A DNA stretch of 60,928 nucleotides, filler included. It is 4 parts of 4 records of this genome, joined end to end, with 100 filler letters (N's around TTAATTAATTAA, not from the genome) between each part and the next. Parts side by side here need not be neighbours in the genome. Positions count along the whole stretch, not along the records: positions 13,432 to 44,925 come from SRR20825006_96; 3 more parts are not named here. One strand, given 5' to 3'. Shown here piece after piece: positions 17,831 to 26,925 of this stretch. How positions within the stretch are numbered: position 1 is the stretch's first letter; every line of letters begins with the position of its first letter. The notes beneath the pieces were generated by a model. It was not told where the DNA came from, made no database searches, and saw nothing but the letters and a program-made list of their open reading frames with translations. Both the position numbers and the translations under genes were made by a program.

Positions 17831-18397
17831 TCAGCGGCTCCAGAAAATGTGGACTTCATCAAAGCCCGTCTGGAACACCATGATCTCGCCATTCATCGCC
17901 ATGTCGCGGGCAAGCGCGGTCCAGTCGATATAGTAATCGAGCGAGGCCGGAATCTCTGTCCCGCTGTCGCGCGTCACTTCCTCGGCAAAGTCTGCGGCGC
18001 TGCGATATTCGCCTGCATAGTCTTCAAACGCGGCGTGAGCCTGTTCAAGGTCATCGCCGAATTCGCGGTAGAGTTTCGCTCCAAGGCTCCCGTGTTCGGT
18101 GATGAAGTCCGCAAGGGCGCAAACTGTCTCGAAGGAGGCATATTCGGAAATGCGCGCGCCTTCGAACCCCTCATAGTCATGAATTGACCATTCCTCCGCA
18201 CCCGGTTCAGGCGACGCCGCCAGCATGGCGCGGACGCCCTGCATCATCTCGTCCGGTTCTGTCGCGTCGATCCACGCCCCGTGGAGCCGTCCATTATTAT
18301 ACGCGGCAAGACAGGCGACATAGATGCGGGGCGTGTCCCGCAAATCTGGTCCGGTCGCTGTTCCAAGGGGAGCGGGAGTCTCGTGTGAAGGGGTCAT
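17831..18397 (-). CDS. ardA: Antirestriction protein ArdA (type I R-M DNA mimic)
   Basis: RIYVACLAAYNNG.LHG.WIDA, AEEW.IHDYEGF and YYIDW...ARD motifs; very acidic; start reassigned to MTPSHE. Confidence 0.93.
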   Translation of the reverse strand: MTPSHETPAPLGTATGPDLRDTPRIYVACLAAYNNGRLHGAWIDATEPDEMMQGVRAMLAASPEPGAEEWSIHDYEGFEGARISEYASFETVCALADFITEHGSLGAKLYREFGDDLEQAHAAFEDYAGEYRSAADFAEEVTRDSGTEIPASLDYYIDWTALARDMAMNGEIMVFQTGFDEVHIFWSR

Positions 18398-18431
18398 GTC
18401 AGCCTCGCAAAATTGAACCTCGCCCGCGTGC

Positions 18432-18612
18432 CTTTCCCGGCAGGCGGGAGGGGGCGGACGAAAGGTGCGGGCGCCCGGGCGTATGAGGGCCGGGGGCAAG
18501 GCGGAAAGGTAGGAGGCACGGAAAGAACCGGCGGACCCAGGTCACCGGCGCCTTGCGCGCGGGCCGCGCCCGGGCAGACGCGCCGTCCGCCCCCTCCCGG
18601 CTGCTGGGAAAG
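18432..18612 (+). promoter_or_regulatory. Long hairpin upstream of ardA, candidate ssDNA promoter
   Basis: 18432-18460 pairs with 18584-18612 (27 WC, 1 G.T, 1 G.G); inner stems 18473-18482/18566-18575 and 18496-18503/18549-18556. Confidence 0.55.
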
Positions 18613-18684
18613 CTTGTCCACGCTTTCAAACACCAAACAGGCAGGCTGGTGCCGTGGATACGAATCCTTCCAGACCCGACAGCC

Positions 18685-19119
18685 ATGGCCTTGGATATAC
18701 GAGACTTCCGGGAAGCTGACCGCGCAGCGCTGATTGCGCTTTGGGAGGCGTGTGCGCTGACCCGGCCATGGGACGACCCGAATGCAGACATGGACCGGTC
18801 GATCGCATCCCGCGATGCCACGATCCTCGTCGGTACATTAGATAACGATGTCATTGCCAGCGCCGTGGTCGGCCATGACGGCCATCGCGGCTGGATCTAC
18901 TATCTGGCTGTCAGCCCAGACCGTAAAGCCTGCGGCCATGGGCGCGAAATGATGGCCGAAGCCGAGCTTTGGCTGACGGCGCGGGGGACGCCGAAGGTGC
19001 AGCTCATGGTGCGCGGGGAGAACGAGACCGCGACTGCCTTCTACAATGCCCTCGGCTACGAGCGCCAGGATGTGACCGTTCTCGGCAAATGGCTCATGCC
19101 ATCGCCCGAGGCAGATTGA
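18685..19119 (+). CDS. GNAT acetyltransferase (YpeA-like)
   Basis: L.RPW.DP..D, VGHDGHRGWIYYLAV.P.R...G.GR, KVQLMVR..N.....FY..LGY; start reassigned to MALDIR. Confidence 0.88.
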   Translation: MALDIRDFREADRAALIALWEACALTRPWDDPNADMDRSIASRDATILVGTLDNDVIASAVVGHDGHRGWIYYLAVSPDRKACGHGREMMAEAELWLTARGTPKVQLMVRGENETATAFYNALGYERQDVTVLGKWLMPSPEAD

Positions 19120-19447
19120 GGTATCGAGAGGCCACGCGCGCCTGACCCCTCTGGCCGTAAGGCCAGTGGGAAGCAAAGCGCGGCCCCCGCCGGCGAGCCC
19201 CCGCAGCGCGCGGCGACCCGAACGGGTGGCCGCGTGACCGGAGACGAGCCGGGCCCGGTCAGGTGACGTGGACGAGGTGGAGGGCTCTCGTCTCCCGGAC
19301 AGCCCCGCGTCAGCAGGCGGGGGAGGGGCGATGCTTACAAGTGCTTTGAGATACTAAGAGGTGTCTACCAGTTCGTAAGCCGCTAATCGAAATAGAGCGT
19401 TCGACCGGATGACGTCGTATGCGCTCTTCGATGTGCGGAGGGGCAGG

Positions 19448-20266
19448 TCAAAGGTTCTCTTCCAAAAGGGAGAAATATTCGCCGTCCCGAAGGCGCTGGC
19501 CCTTGGCGAGCAGGCGGGCCATTTCGGACTTCATGGCGGACGACGGTCCGCCCCATTCTTCCGAGATGCGCTTCTCACCATAGAAAATCGTCGCGGTTTC
19601 ACGATAGGTGAGTCCCGCGTCGTGGGCATCCAAGGCGACAAGAGCGTTGCGATAGCCGAGGCCCTTGCGTGACCAGACAGGAGGCGACATGTCGTCGTCG
19701 CCGTAGACCTTCTGGGCACGGTTCAGCGCATTCACGTGATCCTGCATTGTGCTGAATCCCGAGATGGAGAATTCCATTTTTACAGGCTCGAGGGACAAGA
19801 GCGACTTGCCACTGCACCTGACCTGGATCGAGCACTTCTTACCTTTGACAAGGATGTGTTCGTGCTCGAAGGCATCCACGAGATGGATGATCTTGCAGAG
19901 GCGCGTGCTCTTTTCGAAGATTTCGTCGATCTCGCCGCGCTCTCTTTCACGCACGTGAACGGCGACCTTGCGGGGATAGGTCTTGTCGGACCAGAAGACA
20001 TGCGTGGTAAGGGCCGACTGATCTGGGTTCGGAAAATAGAGAAGTCCCCAGTCTTCGGCTTGGCGGTCCTGCTCGCAAAGCCGGAGAAGCTGTATGTCAC
20101 AACATGCCGTTCTTGTTTCAAAGTCAGGTTGCGCAGCATAGGCGGCGGCTTTCAGCGCGGAATTGCGCCGGGCGAATTCCCAGGCCCAGTTCCCGCGTGA
20201 GAGATTGGCGGTGTAGTCATACCTGGCGAGGGTATCGTTCAGGTCTTCTATCGTGTGAACAAGCAT
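19448..20266 (-). CDS. fseA: ICE transfer activator, DUF6499-DUF2285 fusion (FseA-like)
   Basis: N-terminal W.WEF.RRN motif, WGL..FP linker, C-terminal ALDA...G.TYRE.A...YG..R...EW...S HTH; GGGAGG RBS before MLVHT at 20266. Confidence 0.8.
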   Translation of the reverse strand: MLVHTIEDLNDTLARYDYTANLSRGNWAWEFARRNSALKAAAYAAQPDFETRTACCDIQLLRLCEQDRQAEDWGLLYFPNPDQSALTTHVFWSDKTYPRKVAVHVRERERGEIDEIFEKSTRLCKIIHLVDAFEHEHILVKGKKCSIQVRCSGKSLLSLEPVKMEFSISGFSTMQDHVNALNRAQKVYGDDDMSPPVWSRKGLGYRNALVALDAHDAGLTYRETATIFYGEKRISEEWGGPSSAMKSEMARLLAKGQRLRDGEYFSLLEENL

Positions 20267-20564
20267 GGATCTGCCTCCCGCGTCAGGGGAATGCAGAAGG
20301 CGTGCCAATTTCAATTTATCATGGAAACTTCAAGGTTGCTCGCTTAGGTCAAAAGGCGATGAAAAAGTGCGCTCACCGAGCCAAAAGCACTGTACGCACA
20401 TAAGCAGATTGAGCGTGTTCTGACTGCGCCGTTCGTCCAGACAGATTGAATCTCGCAGCCGTCACAATTACAACAGGCTGCATCGAGAGATTGATACCAG
20501 ATAGATGATTGTAGTCTCGCATCGTGACCGCGATGCAAGACAACAGTCAATAAAGATTGGTCGC

Positions 20565-21614
20565 TCACGTCGCAAGTTTTTGAGTGGATTGTTGTTCTTT
20601 CAATATATCCAGGGCTACGTCGACGATCATATCTTCCTGGCCACCAACCATACGCCTACGTCCTAGTTCAACCAGGATTTCACGTGTATCGATCCCATAA
20701 TCTTGCGCTGCCTTCTCTGAATGCCTGAGGAAGGACGAGTAGACCCCGGCATAGCCTAGCGAGAGCGTTTCGCGATCAACGCGGACGGGGCGGTCCTGGA
20801 GTGGGCGAACAAGTTCCTCGGCGGCATCCATGAGCGCGAAAAGATCGCATCCATGCTTCCATCCCTTTCGCTCGGCGGCAGCGATAAACACTTCAAGCGG
20901 TGCGTTTCCGGCCCCGGCACCCATGCCGGCCAGCGAAGCATCCACGCGTCTTGCGCCATGTTGAACGCCGACAATGGAATTGGCGACGCCCAAGGACAGA
21001 TTGTGGTGGGCGTGGATACCCCGTTCAGTTTCCGGCTTCAGGACTTTGTCATAGGCTTGAAGCCGGGCGATGTATCCATCCATGTCGAGCGCGCCGCCAC
21101 TGTCGGTGACATAGATACATTCGGCACCATAGCTTTCCATCATGGCGGCTTGTTCAGCCAATTTCTCAGGTTCGACCATGTGGGACATCATAAGAAAGCC
21201 AACCGTGTCCATACCCAGATCTCTGGCAACACCGATATGCTGTTTCGATACGTCGGCTTCCGTGCAGTGTGTGGCGATCCTGACAGACCGGACGCCAAGC
21301 TTATAGGCATGCTTCAGCTCCTCAATCGTTCCGATCCCCGGAAGGAGGAGCGTGGTCAGTTTCGCCGTTTTCACTGAATCCGCGACGGCTTCAATCCACT
21401 CCCAGTCTGTGTGGGCACCAAAACCATAATTGAAGCTTGAGCCATTCAGGCCGTCTCCATGTGCAATCTCGATTGCGTCGACCCCGGCTTGGTCAAGGGC
21501 GGCGGCAATCTTGCTGACGTGCTCGATACCGTATTGGTGTCGGATCGCATGCATCCCGTCGCGCAGAGTGACGTCCTGAATGTAAAGATTGTCGGATTTG
21601 GGATCGAACGCCAT
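20565..21614 (-). CDS. dmpG: 4-hydroxy-2-oxovalerate aldolase
   Basis: [44 protein letters not shown]. Confidence 0.97.
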   Translation of the reverse strand: MAFDPKSDNLYIQDVTLRDGMHAIRHQYGIEHVSKIAAALDQAGVDAIEIAHGDGLNGSSFNYGFGAHTDWEWIEAVADSVKTAKLTTLLLPGIGTIEELKHAYKLGVRSVRIATHCTEADVSKQHIGVARDLGMDTVGFLMMSHMVEPEKLAEQAAMMESYGAECIYVTDSGGALDMDGYIARLQAYDKVLKPETERGIHAHHNLSLGVANSIVGVQHGARRVDASLAGMGAGAGNAPLEVFIAAAERKGWKHGCDLFALMDAAEELVRPLQDRPVRVDRETLSLGYAGVYSSFLRHSEKAAQDYGIDTREILVELGRRRMVGGQEDMIVDVALDILKEQQSTQKLAT

Positions 21615-22561
21615 CAGGCAGTCTCCTTGGCTAGCCGCCGCGCGGCGATCTTCTCAGCGGTCGCAATGCCAGCTGAAGTCATGATGTCGAGATTTCCCGC
21701 GTATGCAGGCAAGTAGTGGGCAGCACCCTCGACTTCCAGGAAGACGCTGGTCTTGATGCCTTCGAACGTGCCCAGGCCCGGAATCTTGACCGGGTTGTTC
21801 GAGCCGAACCGTTCGAACTGAACCTTTTGCTTCATCCGATAGCCGGGCACATAGGCGTTGACCTTTGCAACCATTGCTTCAATTGAGGCCTCAATTGCAG
21901 GCTCATCCGCGCCACTAGAGAGGGTGAATACCGTATCGCGCATAATCATCGGAGGCTCTGCCGGGTTCAGGACGATTATGGCTTTGCCTTTCCGGGCTCC
22001 TCCAACCTCTTCTATACCCTTTGAGGTTGTCTCGGTGAATTCATCAATGTTGGCCCGCGTTCCCGGCCCGGCTGACTTGGAGGCGATGGAAGCGACGATC
22101 TCCGCATAGTGGACTGTCGCGACGGATGCTACCGCTGCCACGATTGGGATCGTCGCCTGCCCGCCGCAAGTGACCATGTTGACATTTGACGCATCCAGAT
22201 GCGCGTCACCATTGACGACGGGTATGACATACGGCCCGATCGCCGCAGGCGTGAGGTCGATCATCACCTTGCCAGCGGATGTGACGACTTCATTGTGCCG
22301 CTTGTGTGCGCCAGCAGATGTCGCATCAAAGACAATTCCGATTTCGGGCCACACGTCGAGCTTAACGAGACCCTCAATTCCTTCATGCGTGGTCGCGATA
22401 CCCATGCGCTTCGCCCGGGCAAGGCCGTCCGAGTCGGGATCGATCCCGACCATTGCGCCCATTTCGAGACCCTTCGACTTGCGCATGACCTTGATCATGA
22501 GGTCAGTTCCGATATTTCCGGATCCGATGATCGCAACCTTGGTCTTCTTGAGAGTTGTCAT
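21614..22561 (-). CDS. dmpF: Acetaldehyde dehydrogenase (acylating)
   Basis: [43 protein letters not shown]. Confidence 0.97.
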   Translation of the reverse strand: MTTLKKTKVAIIGSGNIGTDLMIKVMRKSKGLEMGAMVGIDPDSDGLARAKRMGIATTHEGIEGLVKLDVWPEIGIVFDATSAGAHKRHNEVVTSAGKVMIDLTPAAIGPYVIPVVNGDAHLDASNVNMVTCGGQATIPIVAAVASVATVHYAEIVASIASKSAGPGTRANIDEFTETTSKGIEEVGGARKGKAIIVLNPAEPPMIMRDTVFTLSSGADEPAIEASIEAMVAKVNAYVPGYRMKQKVQFERFGSNNPVKIPGLGTFEGIKTSVFLEVEGAAHYLPAYAGNLDIMTSAGIATAEKIAARRLAKETA

Positions 22562-22573
22562 TTCCTATGTCTC

Positions 22574-23362
22574 CTATTTCGCCGCAATTGCGAGGCGAAC
22601 CGACCCAATACCTTCGATATCCGCTTCAAACAGATCACCAGGCCCCATTGAGGCCATCGGGCCAAGAGCACCTGTCAGAACGACGTCGCCGGCCTTGAGG
22701 GGGGCTCCGAGCTCTGCGCATTTTCGTGCGAGCCAGAGGGCGGCGTTTAGCGGGTTTCCAAGGCACGCGATGCCGGCGCCATATGAAACCGGGCGTCCAT
22801 TGCATTTCATCACCATGCCGGCATTGACGAGATCAAGCCCATGCAGTGCACGAACAGGCCCGCCCAGGACATATAGGCCGGATGAGGCGTTATCCGCGAT
22901 CGTATCCGAAATGCGGATATCCCAGTCCTTGATACGACTGCCCACAATTTCGATGGCAGGCACGACGTGGTCTATGGCTCGGATAAGTTCGCTTGGTGTT
23001 GTATCCTGCGCGTTGATGTCCCTGCCGAGTATAACGGCTATTTCAGCCTCGGCCTTGGGTTGTTGAGTTGCTGACAACGGAATTTCATCACCGTCGCAAT
23101 ATTCCATATCCGCGTAGAGGACGCCAAAATCGGGCTGGTCTACGCCAAGTTGATTTTGGACTGCCGCTGACGTCAGGCCAATTTTCCGGCCAACAATTCG
23201 TCGTCCCGCGGACACCCACCGGGCTGTGTTGATCGCCTGGACCTCGTATCCGGCTTGCGGATCAAGACCAATGAGATCACGCACTGGCGCGCAGTAGGTT
23301 TGTCCCGCGTGTGCGTCGAACAGTGCATCTGCAGCCTTCTGAATTTCATCTCTGGAGATCAT
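22574..23362 (-). CDS. mhpD: 2-oxopent-4-enoate (2-hydroxypentadienoate) hydratase
   Basis: GRKIGLTS..VQ.QLGVDQPDFG, EAEIA, DTIADNASSG, LTGALGPM; start reassigned to MISRDE. Confidence 0.93.
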   Translation of the reverse strand: MISRDEIQKAADALFDAHAGQTYCAPVRDLIGLDPQAGYEVQAINTARWVSAGRRIVGRKIGLTSAAVQNQLGVDQPDFGVLYADMEYCDGDEIPLSATQQPKAEAEIAVILGRDINAQDTTPSELIRAIDHVVPAIEIVGSRIKDWDIRISDTIADNASSGLYVLGGPVRALHGLDLVNAGMVMKCNGRPVSYGAGIACLGNPLNAALWLARKCAELGAPLKAGDVVLTGALGPMASMGPGDLFEADIEGIGSVRLAIAAK

Positions 23363-23450
23363 GGTCTGGTTCGCGTCCGTAAGTGACTTGGAATGCAGAT
23401 CGCAAACTACGCGATGTACTTGACACTGCAATCCGAGGCAGGCCAGCTAC

Positions 23451-23465
23451 TATCACAATGTGATA
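23451..23465. promoter_or_regulatory. 15-bp palindrome, candidate IclR operator
   Basis: TATCACA-A-TGTGATA between the divergent hydratase operon and the IclR gene. Confidence 0.6.
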
Positions 23466-23466
23466 A

Positions 23467-24234
23467 ATGGAGATCCGTGTGACACGATCCATGTCTTCCT
23501 TCGACAAGGCGATGGCCTTGTTCGGAGCGCTTGTTGAGCAAGACGGTGTATTCGAATCAGACGCAATGAGTGTCCAGCTCGGAGTGCCGGAATCGACTCT
23601 GTACAGGCATCTGAATGCCCTCCATTCGGCCGGGCTCATCTGCCGATCCAAACGTGGACGATATTTGCCAAACCCTGTTTTTTTGAAGAAGCTGGAGGGG
23701 TTCACACCACATGCTGTGCTGTCGGAAATAGTACGACCCATTTTGGAACAACTAAGTGTCGCGTTGGAAACCACGACCCACTTTGGCATTCTGGAGAACG
23801 ACATGGTTACCTACCTCGCGAAGGCGGTATTTGAAGGAGAGGAGGTGTTCACGCGCGAGAAAGGGCAGCTGGAGGCGTACTGTTCTGCTATCGGCAAGGT
23901 GTTGCTCTCGCACATGACGGTCGACGAGCGACAGGCGTATATAACCAGCGGGCCCTTTCCAAAGCTCACGGATAAAACGATCACGGACCCAGCCGAAATC
24001 GAACGAGAACTACATCGCACGCGCATTAGGGGATTCGGCGTTGACGATGGCGAGGTTCATAACGCACTTTATTGCATCGCTGTGCCAGTCTTCACTTCGC
24101 GGGGAATGGTCGTGGGCGCAATTTCTAGTTCATCTAGCCAGAGGTGGGCGAGTCCTAAAGAACAGCGTGATCGCCTGATTCAGCTCAACGGGGTAGCTCA
24201 GTCAATCTCTTCCACTTTAGGGGCCGGCGCCTGA
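23467..24234 (+). CDS. IclR family transcriptional regulator
   Basis: LGVPESTLYR.L HTH, YCSAIGKVLL, R.RGF..DD.E....L.CIAVP. Confidence 0.92.
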   Translation: MEIRVTRSMSSFDKAMALFGALVEQDGVFESDAMSVQLGVPESTLYRHLNALHSAGLICRSKRGRYLPNPVFLKKLEGFTPHAVLSEIVRPILEQLSVALETTTHFGILENDMVTYLAKAVFEGEEVFTREKGQLEAYCSAIGKVLLSHMTVDERQAYITSGPFPKLTDKTITDPAEIERELHRTRIRGFGVDDGEVHNALYCIAVPVFTSRGMVVGAISSSSSQRWASPKEQRDRLIQLNGVAQSISSTLGAGA

Positions 24235-24847
24235 TCATGTGGAGATGAGAGGTCAAAAAAATGGGAGCCGCTTAGGCTCCCAGAGTTTGGCGGAGACCTA
24301 GCTCCGCCGGAGGAAACAGACTGGTTGTCGTATCTCTTGAGCGTTCCCTGACCTTGAATGGCAGTGAAGTTCAACCTGACACGACACATTTGGGTTGAGC
24401 CGCTATCCGGTTGCGCGTCAACCTGGCCGGATACGAATGGGTGGCATCGCTCCCACATTGTGAAACTTTATGAAATCTACGCGCTCGGGTGAACAGGATT
24501 GGAATTCTGTAGGCCTACCCATGATATTTGTGCGTCGAGAATATTCTCGAAAGCTGCCATGCGCGAATAATCGGAGATGTGGGAACATGGACTGCGTTCG
24601 GAGTGTTCCCGAACAACCGAGAGTAATATGTTAGTGCACGGAATAATGTTCCGGAGTCGGGAAGTGGTTTGTCGACATCCGGGGCGTAGGGAACTGTCCA
24701 ATCCGGGAGTCAGATGCACTAAGTTGCGCTGGCGTCTGTTCCGTATGGCGAAATTAACAGCAGCTTCGATAGCACAGTTGCCTTTGGCCACATGCAGATT
24801 TCGATCCTTGCTACGGAATTTGAGCTCGCGCTGTTCGTAAATAAATA

Positions 24848-24890
24848 TTGACACAATCAAAAAAATCATTTTTTCTCAAAAAAAGAACAA
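24848..24890 (+). promoter_or_regulatory. AT-rich sigma70 promoter/operator of the bphB-transport operon
   Basis: TTGACA followed by palindrome AAAAAAT-C-ATTTTTT; near-duplicate at 37182. Confidence 0.65.
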
Positions 24891-24932
24891 AATCTTGCGC
24901 CTCAAGCAAGGTTGTTAGGGAGGTACGTAAAT

Positions 24933-25715
24933 ATGCCAAAACTAAGCGGCAGTTCCGTTTTGATTACGGGCGGAGCCACGGGAATTGGTCGGGCGGTGGT
25001 CCATCATTTTGTCGAGGAAGGTGCCAGACTGTGTGTTCTGTGCGTCAATGACGAACAGGCGAGTTCGTTGCGGGGTGAGTTCGGGGCTGAGGTTGAAACA
25101 GTAATTGGGGATGTGCGCAGTCTGGCAGACAATCAGCGCGCTGCGGCCCTTGCCGTGGAGAGATTCGGTGGACTGAACACCTTTATCGGCAATGCAGGGA
25201 TATGGGATTTTATTACGCCTCTGGAAGCGCAGGATGAAGAAAAGCTCGAAAGAGTCTGCGATGATATTTTTGGTGTGAATGTAAAGGGGTACGCGCTCGG
25301 AGCGTACGCGTGTCTTCCTGCGCTTCGCCAGTCTAAAGGGTCCATAATTTTCACGGCCTCTAGCTCAAGCTTTTTTACGGGCGGAGGTGGTCCGCTATAT
25401 GTGGCATCGAAACACGCTGTGATTGGACTCATCAAGCAGCTTGCGAAGGAAGTCGCGCCAGACGTTAGGGTTAATGGCGTAGCTCCAGGAGGTACGATTA
25501 CCAATCTTTCCGGGTCGCCCTCATCCGAGCACGCAAAGTCCCAGATGGCTGAGATTCCAGAGATCGACAAACTTATCGAGGGCATGACACCGCTCGGCTT
25601 TGCCGCAAAGCCTGAAGACCATGTAGCGCTATATGCGTTGCTTGCCTGTCCGGTGTCGGCTCGATACGTCACAGGCACAACCATCTTGTCCGATGGCGGT
25701 ATTGGCGTGGGCTGA
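24933..25715 (+). CDS. bphB: cis-dihydrodiol dehydrogenase (BphB/TodD-type SDR)
   Basis: TGGATGIG, NAGIWDF, VNVKGY, GGG.LY.ASKHAV.GL, VRVNGVAPGG; GGGAGG RBS. Confidence 0.88.
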   Translation: MPKLSGSSVLITGGATGIGRAVVHHFVEEGARLCVLCVNDEQASSLRGEFGAEVETVIGDVRSLADNQRAAALAVERFGGLNTFIGNAGIWDFITPLEAQDEEKLERVCDDIFGVNVKGYALGAYACLPALRQSKGSIIFTASSSSFFTGGGGPLYVASKHAVIGLIKQLAKEVAPDVRVNGVAPGGTITNLSGSPSSEHAKSQMAEIPEIDKLIEGMTPLGFAAKPEDHVALYALLACPVSARYVTGTTILSDGGIGVG

Positions 25716-25787
25716 CCCAGCCTGAACGCGTTCACCAACTAAGTTGAAATTGTGCCAGCAGTGCTGGCGGTCTTTTGGATCAAATCT

Positions 25788-26879
25788 ATGAACCTGCCGG
25801 TCTTCAAATTCGCTCATGCTACCGTTGCTGCTGGGGTACTTTACTTCTCCCAACCTGGGGCGCTGGCTGAGCAGGCCGTTTTACCGGCCCCCGACATAAG
25901 CCCTCGGTCAAATATAGAGCTACCAACTGACGGACGTGTACGGTTTGTTCCTGATAATTTATTTGCCGTCGATTTTGTCTCTGATTCTGTGGGTTGGGCG
26001 GGTGGATACTACGGGACGCTACTGAAGACCGAGGATGGAGGAGGGCACTGGAAGCGCGAGCCCTTACCGTTTACGGACTTAATTAGGCGGATCGACTTTG
26101 TGGACGAGTCCGTCGGCATTGCTGTCACGAGTAGAGGAAAGATCCTGAGGTCTGAAGACGGGGGCGCACATTGGGAAGTTGTGCATATTGAGTCGGGCAT
26201 TAACTTGCGAGATGTCTACTGTCTCGACGCCCAGACAGCTTGGGTCGTCGGACATGAGGCTACAGTGCTTCACACGTCCGATGGCGGTAAAACGTGGCAA
26301 ACTCAGGCGTTATCCGGATATCAGGGACGTGATCTACCGAGATTGAATGGCATTACACGTCTCGAGGACGGGCGGTTGGTTTTGGTTGGGGAGTTCGGCC
26401 TGATAGCGTCGTCAATCGATGATGGATTGAGCTGGGAGGTGCTGGACGCGCCCGATGCCTCGGTCACATTCACAGCGGTAGATGCATGGCGTTCGGAGGC
26501 GCTAATATCTGGGCTTGGCGGCAAGCTTACAATGGTTCGATTTGGTTCGGACAGTGACGTTGAAGAGGGCTCGGGACGCTTAATGGACCGTGTCCCGACG
26601 ATCACAGCTTTGTCCTCGGGGACAGATGCGCATTTGTTCGATCTAACATTAGACCAAGATGGTGACGGAGTGATCGTAGGCCAGGGCGGTGTGGTCCGTG
26701 TAAAAGCTGGATTGCCTGTATCGGATTTGTTGCCCTTGGAGAGTAAGCCAGGATTCCTTTGGTACGGAGGAGTCTCTAAAACATCAGAACACGGAGGGTA
26801 TGTTGTCGTTGGGGCGAACGGTGCCGTACTAAAAACCGAATTCGATGTCTCAGATCCGGAGCCGTTAGTGCGGTGGTAA
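25788..26879 (+). CDS. YCF48-like / BNR-repeat beta-propeller, exported
   Basis: Repeated T/S-x-DGG-x-x-W Asp-box motifs, VG..G..L blades, N-terminal signal-like segment; start uncertain (25752 or 25788). Confidence 0.85.
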   Translation: MNLPVFKFAHATVAAGVLYFSQPGALAEQAVLPAPDISPRSNIELPTDGRVRFVPDNLFAVDFVSDSVGWAGGYYGTLLKTEDGGGHWKREPLPFTDLIRRIDFVDESVGIAVTSRGKILRSEDGGAHWEVVHIESGINLRDVYCLDAQTAWVVGHEATVLHTSDGGKTWQTQALSGYQGRDLPRLNGITRLEDGRLVLVGEFGLIASSIDDGLSWEVLDAPDASVTFTAVDAWRSEALISGLGGKLTMVRFGSDSDVEEGSGRLMDRVPTITALSSGTDAHLFDLTLDQDGDGVIVGQGGVVRVKAGLPVSDLLPLESKPGFLWYGGVSKTSEHGGYVVVGANGAVLKTEFDVSDPEPLVRW

Positions 26880-26925
26880 CAGGAGTAGTTCGCTTGTTGC
26901 AAATTCAATCAAAGGCTCAAATTCA

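Larger units (their letters stand above)
13432..20266. mobile_element. Backbone of an alphaproteobacterial ICE (ICEMlSym/Tn4371-related), partial; cargo probably extends to 44925
   Basis: rdfS-traF, DUF736, ParB-like, ArdA and DUF6499-DUF2285 activator in one GC-rich block; integrase, relaxase and T4SS are not in the window. Confidence 0.85.

Noticed and set aside
18685-19119. GNAT toxin of a toxin-antitoxin pair
   Set aside because: YpeA-like motifs and no adjacent RHH/DUF1778 antitoxin
23420-23453. TTGACA...TACTAT promoter for iclR
   Set aside because: The 22-nt spacing is too long for sigma70
24235-24840. ORFs of 86-130 aa and a possible IS end in the iclR-bphB gap
   Set aside because: No recognisable motifs, RBS or terminal inverted repeat pair that I can support
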